From: an uncultured Parachlamydiaceae bacterium
Lineage (GTDB): Bacteria; Chlamydiota; Chlamydiia; Chlamydiales; Parachlamydiaceae
NCBI GenBank assembly: GCA_963742415.1
Contig: CAVULX010000003.1
Location: forward strand, 864,001 to 928,000
Direction of reading: 5' to 3'
DNA length: 64,000 nt
In this document: positions 39,733-48,885 of the stretch, in pieces
How positions within the stretch are numbered: position 1 is the stretch's first letter
Layout of the letters: every line of letters starts with the position of its first letter
Made by a program: the position numbers and the translations under genes
Notes under the pieces: model-generated
Database searches by the model: none
Told to the model about the DNA's origin: nothing
What the model saw: the letters and a program-made list of their open reading frames with translations, nothing else

Positions 39733-41268
39733 ATGATCTCTGAGAACGTAAATTCCTTTGTCATTAGTCAAAGAAATTTAGATTTAGTCAGAGATGCTGC
39801 CGCGATACAAACAAATGAAAGTAGCATTAAAAAAAGTTATTTCGAAGGGCGGCGAGTTGAAACGTACACTGATCTAGTCGAAAATTTAACAGATGCCCAA
39901 AAACAAAATCTTGAATTTAAATTAAATTCTTTGCCGGATCAAAATTTTGTCCTTAAAGAGGTTTGCGAGGCCTTATCCAAAGGTGACATCCGAGCCCCGA
40001 TCAAAAATTTTTCTATGTATTTCTTGCTTGCATTGAAGAAGCAATTGATCGATGGGTTAACCTATACGACCAGCCAGCTTTTCTTAAATGTTTTGAACCG
40101 GCTTGGAGATAAAAACAAGGCCGAATTCGTTCCCCTTTTTATCGACGCAGCTATCAATCCAAGAGCATGGAATTTGATTGAAGAAACTCTCAAACCGTTT
40201 CCCGGTTCCCAATACAAGGGTGAAATTATCATCAACAATGAAGAAGATCCATACCCTCGTATGACAAAAGAGCAACTAAAAGTTTTTTTTGATTTGATGA
40301 GGATCCTCCCCCCTTTAGATCAACAGTTCATCCTTCTCCCAGATCCCGATCCGATTGAAAAAAAAAATGTAGCTTTAGCAAATACGATAACTAAGCGGCT
40401 TAATCATACCCTCTTTCATAAGTTTAATGTCTTTTGCCGGCTTTCAGATAAAGAGGGAAAACCGAAGAGGATGATCCCTTCAAAGGGGATGATTCAAGCC
40501 TATTTAATAGCAAGGTTTGGAGAACATGCCCCTACATTAATCACAAATTATGGCTTATCCCCCTTTGCTACTTTAAAAAAAGGGATTCCAATCAAAGAGC
40601 GCCCCTTTTGTTTAAATCCTCCGCCAGAGGCAGAATTACCTATGGTATGGACTGCAGACAAGTTAGCATGCGATATTTGTGCAAATGAATGTGAATATCA
40701 TGATTTTTATCACGGGGAGATTTTTGGGGAAATAGGAAGGGATCAAAAGAAGTTTTATGCTTGCGGTCAATTTTTTGAACAATTAGCAAAAGAGCTTTCT
40801 CCGGAGGACAAAAATTTAGAGCTAGTGAAAAAGGCATCGGAAAAATTCTATGATATGGAGCATGCAGATTATAAATTTTTTGCCAAATTGGATCTCCCTT
40901 CATCTGATCTAGCAGCCCCGTTTTGGAGTGCTTTCACTTACCGAATGCTTAATATGGACATAAAAATTGTCTTCAAATTTATAAATGAGTTAATAGATAA
41001 AGTTGATTTTTATAAAGAAGAGTATGATATAACCTTGTGGAGTTTAATCCGGATTGATTTAAAAAAATACAAAAAAAATATGGATATTGGTGATTATAAT
41101 AATGTTCGCAATTTTCAAAGTTTTGTTGAACAAGCTATAGACAGTTGTTTATCAGAGAAAACAAAGGAAGACCTTAATCAAATAAGCAAAAACAAATATA
41201 GTCATTTTCTTCGCAAAAAGGCGTCTGCAATTTTAAAAGAGAGGGCTTTATGGTCCATGCTGGTTTGA
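39733..41268 (+). CDS. Effector-like paralog 4 (most divergent)
   Basis: YFEGRRVETY, PKRMIPSKG, YHDFYHGE, YDMEH, AAPFW. Confidence 0.75.
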   Translation: MISENVNSFVISQRNLDLVRDAAAIQTNESSIKKSYFEGRRVETYTDLVENLTDAQKQNLEFKLNSLPDQNFVLKEVCEALSKGDIRAPIKNFSMYFLLALKKQLIDGLTYTTSQLFLNVLNRLGDKNKAEFVPLFIDAAINPRAWNLIEETLKPFPGSQYKGEIIINNEEDPYPRMTKEQLKVFFDLMRILPPLDQQFILLPDPDPIEKKNVALANTITKRLNHTLFHKFNVFCRLSDKEGKPKRMIPSKGMIQAYLIARFGEHAPTLITNYGLSPFATLKKGIPIKERPFCLNPPPEAELPMVWTADKLACDICANECEYHDFYHGEIFGEIGRDQKKFYACGQFFEQLAKELSPEDKNLELVKKASEKFYDMEHADYKFFAKLDLPSSDLAAPFWSAFTYRMLNMDIKIVFKFINELIDKVDFYKEEYDITLWSLIRIDLKKYKKNMDIGDYNNVRNFQSFVEQAIDSCLSEKTKEDLNQISKNKYSHFLRKKASAILKERALWSMLV

Positions 41269-41301
41269 CAAGGATTTCACTTTTAAGTTTGTGAACACCC
41301 T

Positions 41302-43713
41302 CTAACCAATGCTTTGCAAGAAGTTGATGATCGCCCGGTTATCGGAGCGAAGAATGCCAGAGTGCAGGCGTAGTGTGGTCGACCCCTCTCCAAAAATGAG
41401 AGTGACGTTTGGGTGAAGGAATCCGAAACTCCCTCTAATCGAAGCTTTCACTTTTTCTGCCACGGCATGGCATTGAAAATAGGCGACTAGTAAGCTGGCT
41501 TTAAATTTGTGAAAGGTCCCCTTTATCTTTACGTCGATGAATGTGAGTTCTGACTTATCATCGACGGAGGATACGGTAATGTTTCGCCCTTTTGCAGGTC
41601 TAAGGCTTTCTGGGATATTTTTGAGGACATCTCTATTGTTTTCAAAGAAGAGCCGCCGGAATTCATCGACTTGATCTGCGGCGAACTCGTAAAGAAGACA
41701 AAACCATTGATTGCTCAAACGATCTGTTTGATTCACTTCTGCCCTAAAAAGCTCATCGAAGGATTCCCAGTCTTCATCATTGTTATTGATTATGTAAAAT
41801 GGGGAACCGTAGCAGTGATCCATGCCAAGCATGTCAAATTTTTGACCGCTTCCAAATAGGACAAAATTCAATTTGCCTTCAAGGATCTCATCTTCAAAGT
41901 GCGTCAATAACGCTTTAGTTTTCTCGGAATTGAAATAATCATTTGTGAAATCTAAGGCAATTGTCAACCGGTCTGTTTTTGGTTTTTCTTTTAAAATTCT
42001 TTCTATGTCGCCAATGAGGTCTCTTTGAGCATAGTTTGTATTTGTATGATCGGATTCGATACTGGGGTTGAAGGCGCACCCATAAAGGTCAATTTGTTCA
42101 ACACTCTCATCAGCCAAAATCGTTTCAAGTTTTTGATTTTTTCCAATAAAATTGGCATGTTCAAAATAGAACCAATTGCACCAGGTTGTTACTGGCTTCT
42201 TCTCATCCGCTCTAATTGCCAGATTCACCCCTGCAAAGACGGTCTCTGCGGTTTTGCCAAGACCACCCTTAACATATCTGCGCAGTTTTTCCGGGACAAT
42301 CTTTAATTGGCCCGTATAAATTGACCCAAAGTCTCTTGATTTATAAGGAAGTGTCAGTTCTAAGAGGGTGATAAGCTCGGCGAAAGCTAACTCCATTGCC
42401 TGGATGAAGCCATTGTCATTGTCATCCTCTATCGAATTATTTGCAGTTTCAAGGTGCGTAATGATGTTAGACAGGGCCGCCTGAAAAATCTGTTTTATAA
42501 CTTGATCTTCATCTTCATAAATGTCACCCGAATTTTTATCGATTTTATCAAAGAGACTTTGCAGCATTTGAATAAACGATAACCCTAAAATTTGCACATG
42601 AGATTTTGTAGAATTCTTTACCAGAAGTTGAAATTCCTCAGTTTGTTTTTGATCAAGGAAATCTTGTTTGTTTTCATAGTAGGAAATTTTAGAAAAGTCC
42701 TTTTCCGATTCTTTGGATGATTTTGGAAGAGGAAAAGCCTCCGGGATAAGGCGGCGCAATTGGATGGCTCCTAGAACGATTCCGGTTTCTTCCATAAAAG
42801 ATTGAACCAGGGGTTTATGGATTTTGAGAACGGTGTTAGAGGTTAAATTTGTAAATAAGGGAAGTATTTTCATCCCTCCAATTTCCTTTTTATAGCATTC
42901 AAACTTAACCCTGCATATAGCGGCACATTTTTGTTTGAGGAATTTTCTTACCTGCGCATTCTGCTTTTCTTCCATCGAGTCGATTAACCCATTAATCTCC
43001 TCTTTAATTTCTTCGAATAGTATGGAAAAATCGTCTTCTAGCTCTTTGACTCCTTCCGTCAAAATTACCCCACCCAGATCTTTGGTAAAATCGAACAGAA
43101 GGTCTTCGTTTCTCTCCATTGCGTCCAAAATGAGCTGTTTCCAATTTTTTTCATTGTCTCGATTCAAGACGACAAATTTGAGCGGAAGGAACTGTTCAAA
43201 TTTAGGGGTATCTGTGAGGACAAGAGGGCTGCTACTCTTTAAGGCAAACCGTTCATTAGTTTTATCGCTTATATTAGGGCAATAGCGGGAGAAGGCTCGA
43301 TGATACTGATAGCGGGAAAATGGGGAAACTTGGAAAGCCGACTCAAAAAACTTCCAACTCATAATTCTTGCCGTGGCTGGCATGAGGGGAGCTATTTTGT
43401 TCAGGTAATTGACTGATAGGAACCGAAATTCATTTTTTAAAGTTAAATTATCGGTTTTTTTTTGTGCTTCAGACATCAAACTAAAATTCCGGCGCCAGGC
43501 GGTCTCGGATTTTAAAATTGTTGGACTTTTCCCAAAAATCGATGAAGCAATATCGGATATTTTTGAAAGGGTAAAATGAAAAAAAGATGAGGTTAAAAGA
43601 AAGACGGAAGAGGCAATCTTCTTACTTTTATTTGGGATGAATTTACTTTCATTGGGGATGATTTTTGGAAGAATATCGAATTCTTTATCAAATGGAGCTG
43701 TTGTTGTAACCAT
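41302..43713 (-). CDS. Large hypothetical protein with a divergent C-terminal PLP-dependent (Cys/Met-metabolism-like) domain
   Basis: IALDFT, FGSGQKFD (candidate Schiff-base Lys), RGSFGF and TLRLHSG near the C-terminus; motif-level only. Confidence 0.55.
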   Translation of the reverse strand: MVTTTAPFDKEFDILPKIIPNESKFIPNKSKKIASSVFLLTSSFFHFTLSKISDIASSIFGKSPTILKSETAWRRNFSLMSEAQKKTDNLTLKNEFRFLSVNYLNKIAPLMPATARIMSWKFFESAFQVSPFSRYQYHRAFSRYCPNISDKTNERFALKSSSPLVLTDTPKFEQFLPLKFVVLNRDNEKNWKQLILDAMERNEDLLFDFTKDLGGVILTEGVKELEDDFSILFEEIKEEINGLIDSMEEKQNAQVRKFLKQKCAAICRVKFECYKKEIGGMKILPLFTNLTSNTVLKIHKPLVQSFMEETGIVLGAIQLRRLIPEAFPLPKSSKESEKDFSKISYYENKQDFLDQKQTEEFQLLVKNSTKSHVQILGLSFIQMLQSLFDKIDKNSGDIYEDEDQVIKQIFQAALSNIITHLETANNSIEDDNDNGFIQAMELAFAELITLLELTLPYKSRDFGSIYTGQLKIVPEKLRRYVKGGLGKTAETVFAGVNLAIRADEKKPVTTWCNWFYFEHANFIGKNQKLETILADESVEQIDLYGCAFNPSIESDHTNTNYAQRDLIGDIERILKEKPKTDRLTIALDFTNDYFNSEKTKALLTHFEDEILEGKLNFVLFGSGQKFDMLGMDHCYGSPFYIINNNDEDWESFDELFRAEVNQTDRLSNQWFCLLYEFAADQVDEFRRLFFENNRDVLKNIPESLRPAKGRNITVSSVDDKSELTFIDVKIKGTFHKFKASLLVAYFQCHAVAEKVKASIRGSFGFLHPNVTLIFGEGSTTLRLHSGILRSDNRAIINFLQSIG

Positions 43714-43866
43714 TTTATTCCTTTCTCTATTTTCCTGATAAAATCTAATAAATTAAGTAAAATCATAATTAATATTGAATTAAATTACAAGTTGATCAAT
43801 AAGGAATAAATTAAAATATTTTTTAATAATATAAGCAAGATAGAAAAGGGGGAACAGGATAGGCAG

Positions 43867-43937
43867 GCATACGCATCAGGCTAACTCCAAAAAAGATTTT
43901 TATGCTCATTTTTTCGAAGTTAGCCTGATGCGTATGC
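43867..43937. repeat. Inverted repeat with 20-bp perfect arms right after the ABC ATPase stop; repeat-family member and possible terminator
   Basis: GCATACGCATCAGGCTAACT (43867-43886) and AGTTAGCCTGATGCGTATGC (43918-43937). Confidence 0.75.
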
Positions 43938-44618
43938 TTACCTATCCCACTTATCCTGCTTTTCCATTGTTTTGATGCATAATTTGCGCATTCCTGATCC
44001 ATAAGGATCAATTTCAAGCTGCATTTGAGAGCCTGTCGCATACCGATGCACAAGCTCCCGATCGTGGCAGACAACCAACACGGTTACCCCATTTTGAACG
44101 AGCGAGATTAAAAATTCGAAGACTAACATCGCATTTTGTTCATCAAGAGTTGCAGTAGGTTCATCTAGGAGCAAAATATTCATAGGTTTTTGCAAAACCA
44201 TGGAAAGCGCTAAAATTTGACGCTGCCCGCCTGATAGTTGATGGACAGGCTTTGAGGGGTCAATATGAAATTTGTCTAGAAATTCAGGATAAAAATGGGG
44301 GGAATTCAAACCGCAAAATGGGTGTGGAAATCTATTCATGCAAGCAAACCTCAAATTCTCTTCAAAAGAGAATTGGTCGGCAATCATAGAATCAAAACGT
44401 TGATTTACAAGGACGACCCTATTTCCTCCGTTGATTTCCCCTTTAATGATGGCTTTAGGGGGAATTTTCCCACTTAAAAGGTTTAACAAAACTGTTTTTC
44501 CGATTCCATTTTTTCCATGGAGGACATGTATTTGATTTGCCGCAAGCTCAAAAGAGAGATCTTTAAAGAAATAGGGGGCGTTTTTTTCATGTTGAAAACA
44601 CAATTGATTGACTTGCAT
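43938..44618 (-). CDS. ABC transporter ATP-binding protein
   Basis: GKNGIGKT, LSGGQRQ, LLLDEPT, VCHD. Confidence 0.92.
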   Translation of the reverse strand: MQVNQLCFQHEKNAPYFFKDLSFELAANQIHVLHGKNGIGKTVLLNLLSGKIPPKAIIKGEINGGNRVVLVNQRFDSMIADQFSFEENLRFACMNRFPHPFCGLNSPHFYPEFLDKFHIDPSKPVHQLSGGQRQILALSMVLQKPMNILLLDEPTATLDEQNAMLVFEFLISLVQNGVTVLVVCHDRELVHRYATGSQMQLEIDPYGSGMRKLCIKTMEKQDKWDR

Positions 44619-44619
44619 T

Positions 44620-45441
44620 TCAGACTCCCAGATGGTCAAGGGTTAAAGTTTGTTTTCGTTGCCCAGCAAACAAGATCCCCAATATCAATAAAGCTTGAAA
44701 GGCATTGAAATATTTGAGATTTAGCCCAAGGCGTAAAAGGGATTGTTGGATGAGGAAATAGGCTAAAATGCCGAAAAGAGGAACCCAAATGCTGGGAATT
44801 CTCATCCGTACTATCTGTTTTCCGATCATAAGAGCAGTTAAACATAACAAGATAATCCCAAAATTCATGGAGAGATCGACAAATGAATTGGATTGAGCAA
44901 ATAAAAACCCGCTCAACCCTGCCAAGCCGTGCCCTATCATCACTCCGGCAAAAACAACATAACGAGTTGAAAGGAGATGGTTGTGAAAGAAGAGGGGATT
45001 ATTTCCATAAATGGCCAAGCTAAAACCAAGCTGAGAGTGCAAGATTAAATAGAAAATCGTGAATAGGAAACCGCTTAACCCCAAAAGAAAAATCATCTCA
45101 TGAATTGGAAAGTTGTAAGAAAAGCTTTTCATCGAGCCTCCCAGGAAATATTGGGTAAGTCCATGAAAAAGGCCGTTGGTGATGATAGCTGCTAAAAGGA
45201 AGGGAAATCGTAAAATTTGGTTCATGCAGCTTACGACTGCTCCCACAATGACCCCGCCGCCTATCGAACTTAAAAAAACGAGAGGCAAGGGGAGATCTTT
45301 GGCTAGGTAGGCGCAAACCGCCCCGAATAAATAGGCGCTTTCGATGCTAAAGTCGGGCAGTTTAAGCAGAGAGATTGTCAGGTAGGCGCCTACAATGAGG
45401 GGCAAGGCAATTAAAGCTTGTTCAATAATTGAATAAATCAT
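44620..45441 (-). CDS. ABC transporter permease (putative aromatic amino acid/Trp uptake type)
   Basis: G.Y....LLKLPDFSIESAYLFGA, G.N, GLAGLSG.LFAQ...FVD..M..G pattern. Confidence 0.85.
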   Translation of the reverse strand: MIYSIIEQALIALPLIVGAYLTISLLKLPDFSIESAYLFGAVCAYLAKDLPLPLVFLSSIGGGVIVGAVVSCMNQILRFPFLLAAIITNGLFHGLTQYFLGGSMKSFSYNFPIHEMIFLLGLSGFLFTIFYLILHSQLGFSLAIYGNNPLFFHNHLLSTRYVVFAGVMIGHGLAGLSGFLFAQSNSFVDLSMNFGIILLCLTALMIGKQIVRMRIPSIWVPLFGILAYFLIQQSLLRLGLNLKYFNAFQALLILGILFAGQRKQTLTLDHLGV

Positions 45442-45443
45442 GA

Positions 45444-46400
45444 TTACTCCTTTTTATCTGCTGGAATAAGAAAGGGATCTATTCCTTGCCTTTTTGCAGC
45501 TTCAGCATTAACGCGAAGGGAAAATTCAGAAACGGGGGTTACAGGGATGGCACCAGGAGTGGTTCCTTGATTTAAAATCAAAAGGGCTTTCTTTGCAGCC
45601 TCTTTGCCAAAATCAACTTCATGAACTCCGTATCCAAATGCTGCCCCTCTATCTGGAGAATCTAAATCGCTTGCCATGAGGGGAATCTGGTAGGCGTCGC
45701 ACAGTTTGACGAGAACGTCCAAACCTGCAACGACAGTGTTGTCTTTCAGTACAAGGATAGCATCGGATGTTTCTAGGAAAGGGGATACTTTTGCCTTAAT
45801 TTCGTTGGTTTGAAAAGTTTCGACGCTGGTTAAACCGATTCCCATCTCTTTGAGGATCCGTTCGATTTCTTGCTGGTCTTTTTGAAGACCAGGTTCTGCG
45901 GGGTTATAGACAAGCAGAATCTGTTTCGTTTGGGGCTTAAAATTTAACAAAGCAGCCAGCTCTTCCTTAAAATTGAGCATCTCTTTCACGCCAGTGACGT
46001 TGCCTCCAGGAGTTTGCTCCGAGCTGACAATGTGAAAGCCAATGGGGTCATTGACACAGGTAAAAACAATCGGTGTACTCAACCCCTTTTTAGATAACAC
46101 TTCTCTGGTCATTTGAGAGGCTGACGCTCCCAAAGTGAATATGAGGGCAAAATTTTGACGGGCGATCTCTTCAATTTCTGAACGCATCAATGTTTTGTTT
46201 CCCTGGGCATTGAATGTCACAAAATGGTATTTGCCAGGATGTTGTTCTTCCATCGTCTTGACAAAGCCTTGTTCAATTTGTTCCAAGCTAGGGTGGGTTA
46301 CAGGGGTTAAAATGGCAATGGAGATAGGCTTATTATTTTCTTTTCTGCAGCCATAAAACAGTGAAAGAATAAGCAAACAGACTATAAATAAATTTTTCAT
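45444..46400 (-). CDS. ABC substrate-binding lipoprotein (ABC_sub_bind, Trp/Tyr-type)
   Basis: Lipobox LFYGC, HPSLEQI..GF, NAQG, PIVF..V.DP, GGNVTGV, YNPAE, DNTV. Confidence 0.88.
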   Translation of the reverse strand: MKNLFIVCLLILSLFYGCRKENNKPISIAILTPVTHPSLEQIEQGFVKTMEEQHPGKYHFVTFNAQGNKTLMRSEIEEIARQNFALIFTLGASASQMTREVLSKKGLSTPIVFTCVNDPIGFHIVSSEQTPGGNVTGVKEMLNFKEELAALLNFKPQTKQILLVYNPAEPGLQKDQQEIERILKEMGIGLTSVETFQTNEIKAKVSPFLETSDAILVLKDNTVVAGLDVLVKLCDAYQIPLMASDLDSPDRGAAFGYGVHEVDFGKEAAKKALLILNQGTTPGAIPVTPVSEFSLRVNAEAAKRQGIDPFLIPADKKE

Positions 46401-47074
46401 ATATACCTTTTTAATATTTTTGCAGGGATTTTGATCGAATCGTACAAGGGTTTTTTCGATGCGATCGGAAAGCGATGGTGAAGCACGGGCAAATCGGTAC
46501 ACCCCAAAACCACACCATCAAAGGAGTTTTCACTTGCTATCTGAGAGATTACCTCGCTCATCAAAAAAGAGTCTTTGGGGGTGATTTCACCCTTGAGCAC
46601 GCGGTCGATGACCTCGTCGGCCAGCCTTTGATGCTGGGGGTAAGGATAAACCATTTCCATCTCAGGATGTTGATAAAGTTGGGAATTGCATGTGTTTTGC
46701 GTTCCTAGAATCAATAAACGGCGATGCCCTCTTTCTTTGGCTTCTTCCATCACAAGAAACGGGAGAGCATAAAAAGAAAAGGGGGTTTTCTTCCCTTCCA
46801 AAAGGGGCAAATAGAGATGCAATGTATTGCACGTCAGAATTCCGACGTCCACACGATATTGAGAAAGAATGTCCACACAATATTGCAATTCATCTTTAAG
46901 CTTGCTTTCATTGACAACTCCTTCTTCAAGTGTCAAAGCTCTCGAAAAAGGATAATTGATCAGTAAAATTTCAGGCACTTGATGTGCCTGAAGGTAACAT
47001 TCTTGAACAATCGTTTCATAAAAAAGAGCGCTTGCCAACGGGCCGGCACCTCCAATGATTCCTATTTTTTTCAT
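46397..47074 (-). CDS. Asp/Glu-racemase-family amino acid racemase
   Basis: IGIIGGAGPLAS..FY and the two catalytic Cys motifs TCNT and LGCTD; ATGA overlaps on both sides. Confidence 0.88.
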   Translation of the reverse strand: MKKIGIIGGAGPLASALFYETIVQECYLQAHQVPEILLINYPFSRALTLEEGVVNESKLKDELQYCVDILSQYRVDVGILTCNTLHLYLPLLEGKKTPFSFYALPFLVMEEAKERGHRRLLILGTQNTCNSQLYQHPEMEMVYPYPQHQRLADEVIDRVLKGEITPKDSFLMSEVISQIASENSFDGVVLGCTDLPVLHHRFPIASKKPLYDSIKIPAKILKRYI

Positions 47075-48396
47075 ATCATCCCCCTATTTTTCAAAATGGC
47101 TTCAGGAGAAGCATCTAAAAAGAGGGTTTCAGATAGAGCATGCAAGCCGTTATCCGGGTGGACATGGCAGACAGAAAACGTCACTGGATTATTTCTGCTA
47201 AGCCCTAACTCAGAAACTTTAGGGATGGATTCACGATAGATCTTGGATAACAAAGGATATTTTTCTCGATTGTCAAACAAGGGGAGTGCTTCAGGCTGTA
47301 CTTGAGCCATAAAATCGGCCGCCACAGCATAAAACATCTCTTCAGGAGATTTCGCGGCCTGTTCAATTCGTTCTCGATAAGGCTGCAGATCGATGGCCGA
47401 GAAAGTGCAATTGAAGCACTTTTTCTGCTCATCATGCCGCATCTTCCGGTCAGGATGCCGGAAGAAGTACTGATGGCATTTTTTTGCCTCTTCGGTACAA
47501 ACAGGAAGTGAAAACGACCCATCTGTAGCAATGGCTTCAAAAACAATCACAGGAGTCTTTGCTTGTATCTCCCCAAAAGGTTTCACCACTGTTCCGGCCA
47601 CCCCATCTTTGGTCATGACTTTGACTTTGATCACATAAGGGATATTCTTTTTAGCTATTTCTGACACGAAGTGAGCCATCCCTGCAAGCTTAGGGAGTGT
47701 AAAGGTCTTCTCCTTATTTAGGCTTATGTTGGAAATCATCGGATCAAAACTGGAACTCATTTGCAAGTCTTCTTGCGCCATCAGGTGCAATTCGGAACGG
47801 AGAGGGGAGCTTTCCGCTGAGGAAGCAAAGAGGGACTTAATATGAGATTCAAAATCATCAACCAAGGCTTGCCGAGCGGCATTTTCTCGAGATCTTTTTT
47901 GATCTCTCAAAAAATCTTGAAATTTGTTTTTGGGAGCCGGAGCTTTTGCTTTCATTTCTTTCATGGCAGCTTGAATTGTTTTAACAAACAGATTCATGTC
48001 GCTAATTAACGACAGAGATAAAAAAAATGAAAGATGGAGAAACCTGTTTTCTCCGTTTTTAGACAATTTCTCCTCCTCTGTTTGTTGGGAGTAAACAGCC
48101 ATGATTTGAACTGCTCTCATGGAAGAAAGATGGCATTGATTTTGATGATCTTTGGGATCGATTAAGAACAAGCCCTCTTTTTTCGAGAGAAGAAAAACGT
48201 TGACTCGGATCAGCAGATCTAGGCATTCATCGATAAATTTCCTTTTCTTATCGATCTCTCCTTCAGATCTAAAAGATTGACATTGAGTCATTAAACCTTG
48301 GCTGCGAGGTTGTGTTAAATGGAAGTCGGAAAATATTTTTTCGGCTTCCTGTCCAAAAAAGTATTTACACGTTGTTTCTGTATTGTTAACTAACAT
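47071..48396 (-). CDS. Hypothetical 441-aa Trp-free protein, first gene of the operon
   Basis: AAGGAGA RBS; ATGA-coupled to the racemase; no family recognised. Confidence 0.8.
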   Translation of the reverse strand: MLVNNTETTCKYFFGQEAEKIFSDFHLTQPRSQGLMTQCQSFRSEGEIDKKRKFIDECLDLLIRVNVFLLSKKEGLFLIDPKDHQNQCHLSSMRAVQIMAVYSQQTEEEKLSKNGENRFLHLSFFLSLSLISDMNLFVKTIQAAMKEMKAKAPAPKNKFQDFLRDQKRSRENAARQALVDDFESHIKSLFASSAESSPLRSELHLMAQEDLQMSSSFDPMISNISLNKEKTFTLPKLAGMAHFVSEIAKKNIPYVIKVKVMTKDGVAGTVVKPFGEIQAKTPVIVFEAIATDGSFSLPVCTEEAKKCHQYFFRHPDRKMRHDEQKKCFNCTFSAIDLQPYRERIEQAAKSPEEMFYAVAADFMAQVQPEALPLFDNREKYPLLSKIYRESIPKVSELGLSRNNPVTFSVCHVHPDNGLHALSETLFLDASPEAILKNRGMI

Positions 48397-48508
48397 AAAT
48401 TCTCCTTAATTTTTGTTTTAAATTTTTTAAGCTAGGCTTGTTTTTTTATTATGCAGCCTGTTTTCTCTTATTCCACGGCGGCGATCTTTATTTTAAACCG
48501 CTATGAAA

Positions 48509-48543
48509 TTGTAACGTTACAACATTACAGCATTTCACGTCAA
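48509..48543 (-). promoter_or_regulatory. Promoter (TTGACG-N18-TAACGT) overlapped by a chlamydial TrpR-like operator CTGTAATGTTGTAACGTTACAA
   Basis: Imperfect 18-bp inverted repeat GTAATGTTGTAACGTTAC, plus the perfect 14-bp palindrome TTGTAACGTTACAA at 48509-48522. Resembles the C. trachomatis trp operator as I recall it. Confidence 0.65.
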
Positions 48544-48626
48544 CCTTTTTGTTTTTAACACCGTATTTTTAATTTCGGCCTGAAGTTTGGGCATTTATTT
48601 ATATTTAAGAAATGACCAATCTTAAA

Positions 48627-48675
48627 CAGGCCTTCGGCCTGATAACAAATGGTTTTCCTTAGATTGATGTGTATG
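48627..48675. repeat. Dispersed repeat (CAGGCC-TTC-GGCCTG ... CTTAGxTTGATGxGTATG), also at 61002-61051
   Basis: Direct comparison of the two loci; the right end also matches 43920-43936. Confidence 0.65.
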
Positions 48676-48885
48676 CGGTAGCGGCGAGAGAGATGTGATA
48701 ATGTAAATAAATATTTTACAAATGTCCAAAATTTCAGACACAAATTTAATTTCGGATGCTACCCGAAAACTTACATTCGTATCCTTCCATATAAGGAAAC
48801 ATTTTCAATTTTTATCCTTGCCTATAAGGATAAAATAAGATAACCTCATTCTAAGGACAGTCTCTTGCTGATAAGGGGGATCTAG

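Noticed and set aside
48397..48743. Trp-codon leader peptide, or the 62-aa ORF 48555-48743
   Set aside because: No ATG-initiated ORF with tandem Trp codons lies between the promoter and the first gene; the 62-aa ORF overlaps a dispersed repeat.
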